A stretch of DNA of 64,000 bases from contig CAWDLW010000024.1 in the NCBI GenBank assembly GCA_963803145.1, forward strand, positions 1 to 64,000, given 5' to 3'. The stretch comes from Methanotrichaceae archaeon. Its GTDB lineage: Archaea > Halobacteriota > Methanosarcinia > Methanotrichales > Methanotrichaceae. Made by a program: the position numbers and the translations under genes. Positions 63,821 through 64,000 of this stretch are shown one piece after another. Position 1 is the stretch's first letter. Every line of letters starts with the position of its first letter. Under the pieces are notes generated by a model that had not been told where the DNA came from, ran no database searches, and was given only the letters and a program-made list of their open reading frames with translations.

Positions 63821-64000
63821 GCAAACTTTCTTTTTTTGCGATCACTAATCGTATAAGGTAGCCAGCTATTGATTACCATACTGCAGCAGACTACGAGATC
63901 AAAATAATTGCAATGATGGTAGTTGATTCATCAATCCGCATTAATCCAGCAAATCCTGATGATCTCTTAACTTTAGGTTGGATTCAAATGATTTTGCAAT

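Overview
Chromosomal window from an acetoclastic methanogen, most likely Methanothrix/Methanotrichales (archaeal initiator tRNA-Met, AMP-forming acetyl-CoA synthetase, cupin PGI, archaeal Ogg, rubredoxin/FprA). The left third is an accessory signalling region: an AT-rich PD-(D/E)XK nuclease, a metallo-beta-lactamase gene divergent from a complete RsbU/RsbV/RsbW-type partner-switching module (archaea have no sigma factors), and two hybrid histidine kinases. One kinase is split by an in-frame TGA and the other by an IS. Mobile DNA: two 1398-bp IS701-like copies with 7-bp TSDs, two inverted ~1.25-kb DDE IS copies whose shared 10-bp flank suggests a ~34-kb inversion, a 222-bp MITE with a 6-bp TSD, and a REP-like hairpin family. 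The best candidate for an undescribed system is a translationally coupled four-gene operon (41892->36548, minus strand): two secreted/anchored repeat proteins, a 4-TM membrane protein and a divergent tubulin/FtsZ-superfamily GTPase. Also notable are acs flanked by two acetyl-CoA hydrolase-GNAT fusions, a HisB lacking its first HHxxE motif, and a three-way-junction candidate sRNA. Many single-base frameshifts suggest assembly indels, so pseudogene calls are tentative. No CRISPR array or rRNA was seen. All assignments come from reading motifs by eye; no database search was run.
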